From assembly GCA_025999155.1 (NCBI GenBank), contig AP026679.1:227996-291995 (forward strand): a stretch of DNA of 64,000 nt, written 5' to 3'. How positions within the stretch are numbered: position 1 is the stretch's first letter; the number at the start of each line of letters is the position of its first letter. Of the stretch, positions 60,964 through 64,000 are shown in pieces. The stretch comes from Candidatus Dojkabacteria bacterium (GTDB lineage: Bacteria; Patescibacteriota; Dojkabacteria; JAOAGR01). Below the pieces are notes generated by a model, which had not been told where the DNA came from, ran no database searches, and worked only from the letters and a program-made list of their open reading frames with translations. Both the position numbers and the translations under genes were made by a program.

Positions 60964-61560
60964 CTAAAAATGGTATCGATTTTCAAAGCTTTGCATCAGT
61001 GTCAGAGGATCTGCATAATCAATATTTGCGCCAACAGGCAACCCAATAGCCACTCTTGTTAACTTAATATTAGTACTATATTGATGGATTTTTTCTTTGA
61101 TTATTAGAAAAGTAGTATCGGCTTCTAGACTAGCAGGAAGAGCAAATATCACTTCTCTCACATTATCTAATCTCATAATCAACTGACGAATACGAATTTT
61201 ATCCTCTGTCACATCATCCAGAGGTGAAATAACTCCACCAAGAACGTGATATAACCCGTCGAAAAAATTCGCACGCTCTATCGCTAACATATCAATAATA
61301 TTTTCAACCACGCATATCTTCGTCTTATCTCTATCACTAGAACTACAAATCTCACAAACTTCATTATCACTCAAAGCCCCGCAATATTTACAATACTGGA
61401 GATTATCTTTTGCACGAACCAAAGCAGATGCAAGTGCATACGGATTTGCATCTTGAGTGTCTACCAGATACAGAGCCAAACGTAAAGCGGATTTTTGCCC
61501 AATTCCGGGTAATTTCTCGATTTCGTTGACCAGGTTTTTGAAGTCTTTTGGTAATTTCAT
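60964..61560 (-). CDS. recR: Recombination protein RecR
   Basis: LPGIGQKSALRLA, C4 zinc finger, YHVLGG TOPRIM, GLPVG. Confidence 0.96.
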   Translation of the reverse strand: MKLPKDFKNLVNEIEKLPGIGQKSALRLALYLVDTQDANPYALASALVRAKDNLQYCKYCGALSDNEVCEICSSSDRDKTKICVVENIIDMLAIERANFFDGLYHVLGGVISPLDDVTEDKIRIRQLIMRLDNVREVIFALPASLEADTTFLIIKEKIHQYSTNIKLTRVAIGLPVGANIDYADPLTLMQSFENRYHF

Positions 61561-61688
61561 ATGAATAAAATCCTAGCATACATTAACAAAATTTAAATCT
61601 ACTTTTAAATCATGTGGTCCGATCACAGGTATTTAACATAAAGAATTAATACGTATGAGAAAATTTTGGGCGTATCAACCAGGACTGC

Positions 61689-61997
61689 TTACTTCAACAG
61701 ATCTTGCAACATGCCTAATGTCTGATCCTTATCCACAAACTTATATGCCTGTTTATCAAATTCTTTTCCAGCGTTATTGAACGCTTCCTTTATATGCTTC
61801 ACCAACTCCGCTTTGTCACCAATCAAAACATCATCAATTCTAATATCCACGACTTCCTTCAATCCATTGATCGTCACTTTCACAAGACCCTTTTTAGATT
61901 CACCAGAAACAAGGACCTCACGCATCTTTTTCTGTAGATTGTCCGCTTGCTTTTTGAGGTTCCAGAGATTTTGTCCGGCCTTTATTGGATTAATCAT
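61689..61997 (-). CDS. ybaB: YbaB/EbfC nucleoid-associated protein
   Basis: GLVKVTING..VVDIRID; dnaX-ybaB-recR context. Confidence 0.88.
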   Translation of the reverse strand: MINPIKAGQNLWNLKKQADNLQKKMREVLVSGESKKGLVKVTINGLKEVVDIRIDDVLIGDKAELVKHIKEAFNNAGKEFDKQAYKFVDKDQTLGMLQDLLK

Positions 61998-62059
61998 AGC
62001 TTCTTATTATAAATTAAATCTATTAAAAATACATAGCACACAGATGTATTTCTAAATCG

Positions 62060-63664
62060 TCATCTGAGTTTAAAGATATTTGTAATTTCTGCATCAGACA
62101 AATCTTCAACTTTTCTCTGATTATCCGACATTGTTACATCAGTAGACGATGTCTCAGGTATTGACACAAGCTCCACCACCAAAGAGACATTATACCCTAC
62201 AATGGAAGAAAATTCATCCATGATATCTTTTATTTTTTGAGATCTTAAAAGATCCTGCTCGAATTTTTTTTCCACCTTTACAATTATTTGTGAGTCTTTA
62301 ATCTGAAAACCTCTACCGACTAACAACTTATACATGAAAGTATTTCTTGATTTTACAAAATTCAAGAAATCTTTTTCCGAAATAGGTGAGATTAATAAGT
62401 CTTTTCGTCTAGTCGGCGATTTAGTCTTTTTGTCTCGTTGCGATGTATTCTTTCTCTTGTTATGTAATATCACTACGGGATTTATATTGACAGCTTCTGC
62501 TTCCCTTTTCCGGATGGCATTATTTGGTGCAGTATTGGACTCCGCATCGCAAGCGTCCGTTGGATTCTGTATTGCACAGATCTGATTTTTACTGTTGTTC
62601 TTTATCTTATTTTGATCTATCAACTCAGCATCATCAATTTTATTTGCAATAAAATACATAATTTTCGCAGCATATAGAATTTTTTGATTGAGAATACCTT
62701 TTAACTCTTTTTCAAGACCACATAAGAAATCAAGGAGAGCCATTTTATAATTATCTACTGTATGGCTTTTTAAATCATTCACTATATCGTCATAAATCAT
62801 CTCACAAACCTGATAGTTGAAATTCACTATATTCCCTTCATCAATCTTAGTTTCTATAAAGATCTGTATCTCAGACAAAGCCCTAGTATACAATAAATCT
62901 TTAAATGCAATGACAATAGGAAACTGAGAAAAACCTAAAATCTGTGTAATATCTGCAAAACTTATTCTAGTCAAATGGGAGAATTGTAGCACGTTTTCTA
63001 GTATACTTTCTGTATCACGAAAACTCCCCTTCCCTAATTTCGCAATAAACCTCTTACCTTCTTCGTCAATTTCATAACCTTCATTTTCCAATATGAGGTC
63101 GATCTTGGAAATAATCTCTTCAATTGACGCAAACTTTAGCTCTAAAACCTGAGTTCGCGAGGTTATAGTAGAGGGCAACTTATGTATCTCTGTTGTACAA
63201 AAAATAAACACAACATGCTTCGGAGGTTCCTCTAATGTCTTCAATAGCGCATTAAAGGCCTCTTTTGTCATCATATGGACCTCGTCTATGATATACACTT
63301 TCTTTTTTCCGAGTGATGGTAGAAATTCTATTGACTCTTTCAACAGCCGAATCTCTTCTATCCCACGGTTAGATGCTGCGTCCATTTCAATAATATCAGG
63401 ATGACTGCCAGAGAGCGCAAGTAGACAGCTCTTACACTGATTACACGGTTCTCCATAGTGACGGATAAAATCATCATTTTCACAGTTTAGAGATCGGGCA
63501 AAAATTCGTGCGATAGAAGTTTTACCTGATCCCCTGGTCCCCACAAGAAGGTATGCATGTCCGTAAGATTGTTGTTTCAATGCATTTTGTAAGATCTGAG
63601 TTACATGTTTTTGAGTAAATACCTCATTGAAAGTTTTTGCACGGTATTTTTGATATAAAGACAT
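62060..63664 (-). CDS. dnaX: DNA polymerase III subunit gamma/tau
   Basis: LYQKYR, GTRGSGKTS, EMDAASNRG, IIDEVHM, FNALLKTLEEPP. Confidence 0.96.
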   Translation of the reverse strand: MSLYQKYRAKTFNEVFTQKHVTQILQNALKQQSYGHAYLLVGTRGSGKTSIARIFARSLNCENDDFIRHYGEPCNQCKSCLLALSGSHPDIIEMDAASNRGIEEIRLLKESIEFLPSLGKKKVYIIDEVHMMTKEAFNALLKTLEEPPKHVVFIFCTTEIHKLPSTITSRTQVLELKFASIEEIISKIDLILENEGYEIDEEGKRFIAKLGKGSFRDTESILENVLQFSHLTRISFADITQILGFSQFPIVIAFKDLLYTRALSEIQIFIETKIDEGNIVNFNYQVCEMIYDDIVNDLKSHTVDNYKMALLDFLCGLEKELKGILNQKILYAAKIMYFIANKIDDAELIDQNKIKNNSKNQICAIQNPTDACDAESNTAPNNAIRKREAEAVNINPVVILHNKRKNTSQRDKKTKSPTRRKDLLISPISEKDFLNFVKSRNTFMYKLLVGRGFQIKDSQIIVKVEKKFEQDLLRSQKIKDIMDEFSSIVGYNVSLVVELVSIPETSSTDVTMSDNQRKVEDLSDAEITNIFKLR

Positions 63665-63741
63665 GGGTCTTCCTAACTAGTATAAAAATAGAAATGTTAA
63701 TAAACAATAACTCATCTTAAAACCACTTTACAATAGAAATT

Positions 63742-63773
63742 AAAAAAGCCAGGCAAAAACACTAATGCCTGGC
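63742..63773 (-). terminator. Intrinsic terminator after rpsU
   Basis: gccaggca/tgcctggc 8-bp stem followed by a T-run on the minus strand. Confidence 0.75.
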
Positions 63774-63797
63774 ATTCTACTATGAAAGTATAACTAT

Positions 63798-64000
63798 TTA
63801 AACCTGCTTGCCTCTTAATTTTCTACGTGCTCTAGCTCTTTTCCTTTTAGTCTTATATATTTTTCTTCTTTTTGCTCTTTCGATTTCTCCCTTACTTACA
63901 TAATATCGTGCTCGTTCTAACTCCCAAAATGTACCATGAGCCATCATATCCCGAATAAATCTTCTGTAAGCAGAATCAATTGAATCGCCTGGCGCTACAC
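63798..64000 (-). CDS. rpsU: 30S ribosomal protein S21 (partial, starts beyond the window)
   Basis: Manual translation ...GDSIDSAYRRFIRDMM..ELERARYYVSKGEIERAKRRK... Confidence 0.85.
   Translation of the reverse strand, partial: VAPGDSIDSAYRRFIRDMMAHGTFWELERARYYVSKGEIERAKRRKIYKTKRKRARARRKLRGKQV

Noticed and set aside
1-64000. Alternative genetic code 25 (TGA = Gly)
   Set aside because: Conserved genes are full length under code 11, and several (relA, xer, comEA, ssb, rpsR) end in TGA at plausible positions.

Overview
AT-rich bacterial chromosome segment in standard code 11 (TGA used as stop). The gene content suggests Patescibacteria/CPR, possibly Dojkabacteria-like (inference). Housekeeping genes: gyrA, def, holB-like, relA, proS, ruvCAB, murB, rluD, efp, dnaB, dnaA, dnaG, dcd, rpsA, rpsF-ssb-rpsR, recR-ybaB-dnaX and partial rpsU. 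It also carries type IV pilus and competence genes (four minor pilins, pilB-pilT-pilC-pilin, dprA, comEA-comEC), a 2-oxoacid:ferredoxin oxidoreductase alpha/beta pair, four tRNAs and RNase P RNA. Two accessory regions stand out. (1) At 10.3-14.7 kb, a tandem array of three highly diverged paralogous orphan genes is separated by modular non-coding DNA. This includes a ~220-bp near-identical, apparently structured element and a captured fragment of def. (2) At 27-31.6 kb, a single Xer-type recombinase is followed by orphan ORFs and a perfect dif-like palindrome inside a DnaA-box-like cluster. Many genes look leaderless. All alignments and folds were done by eye; no database searches were run.
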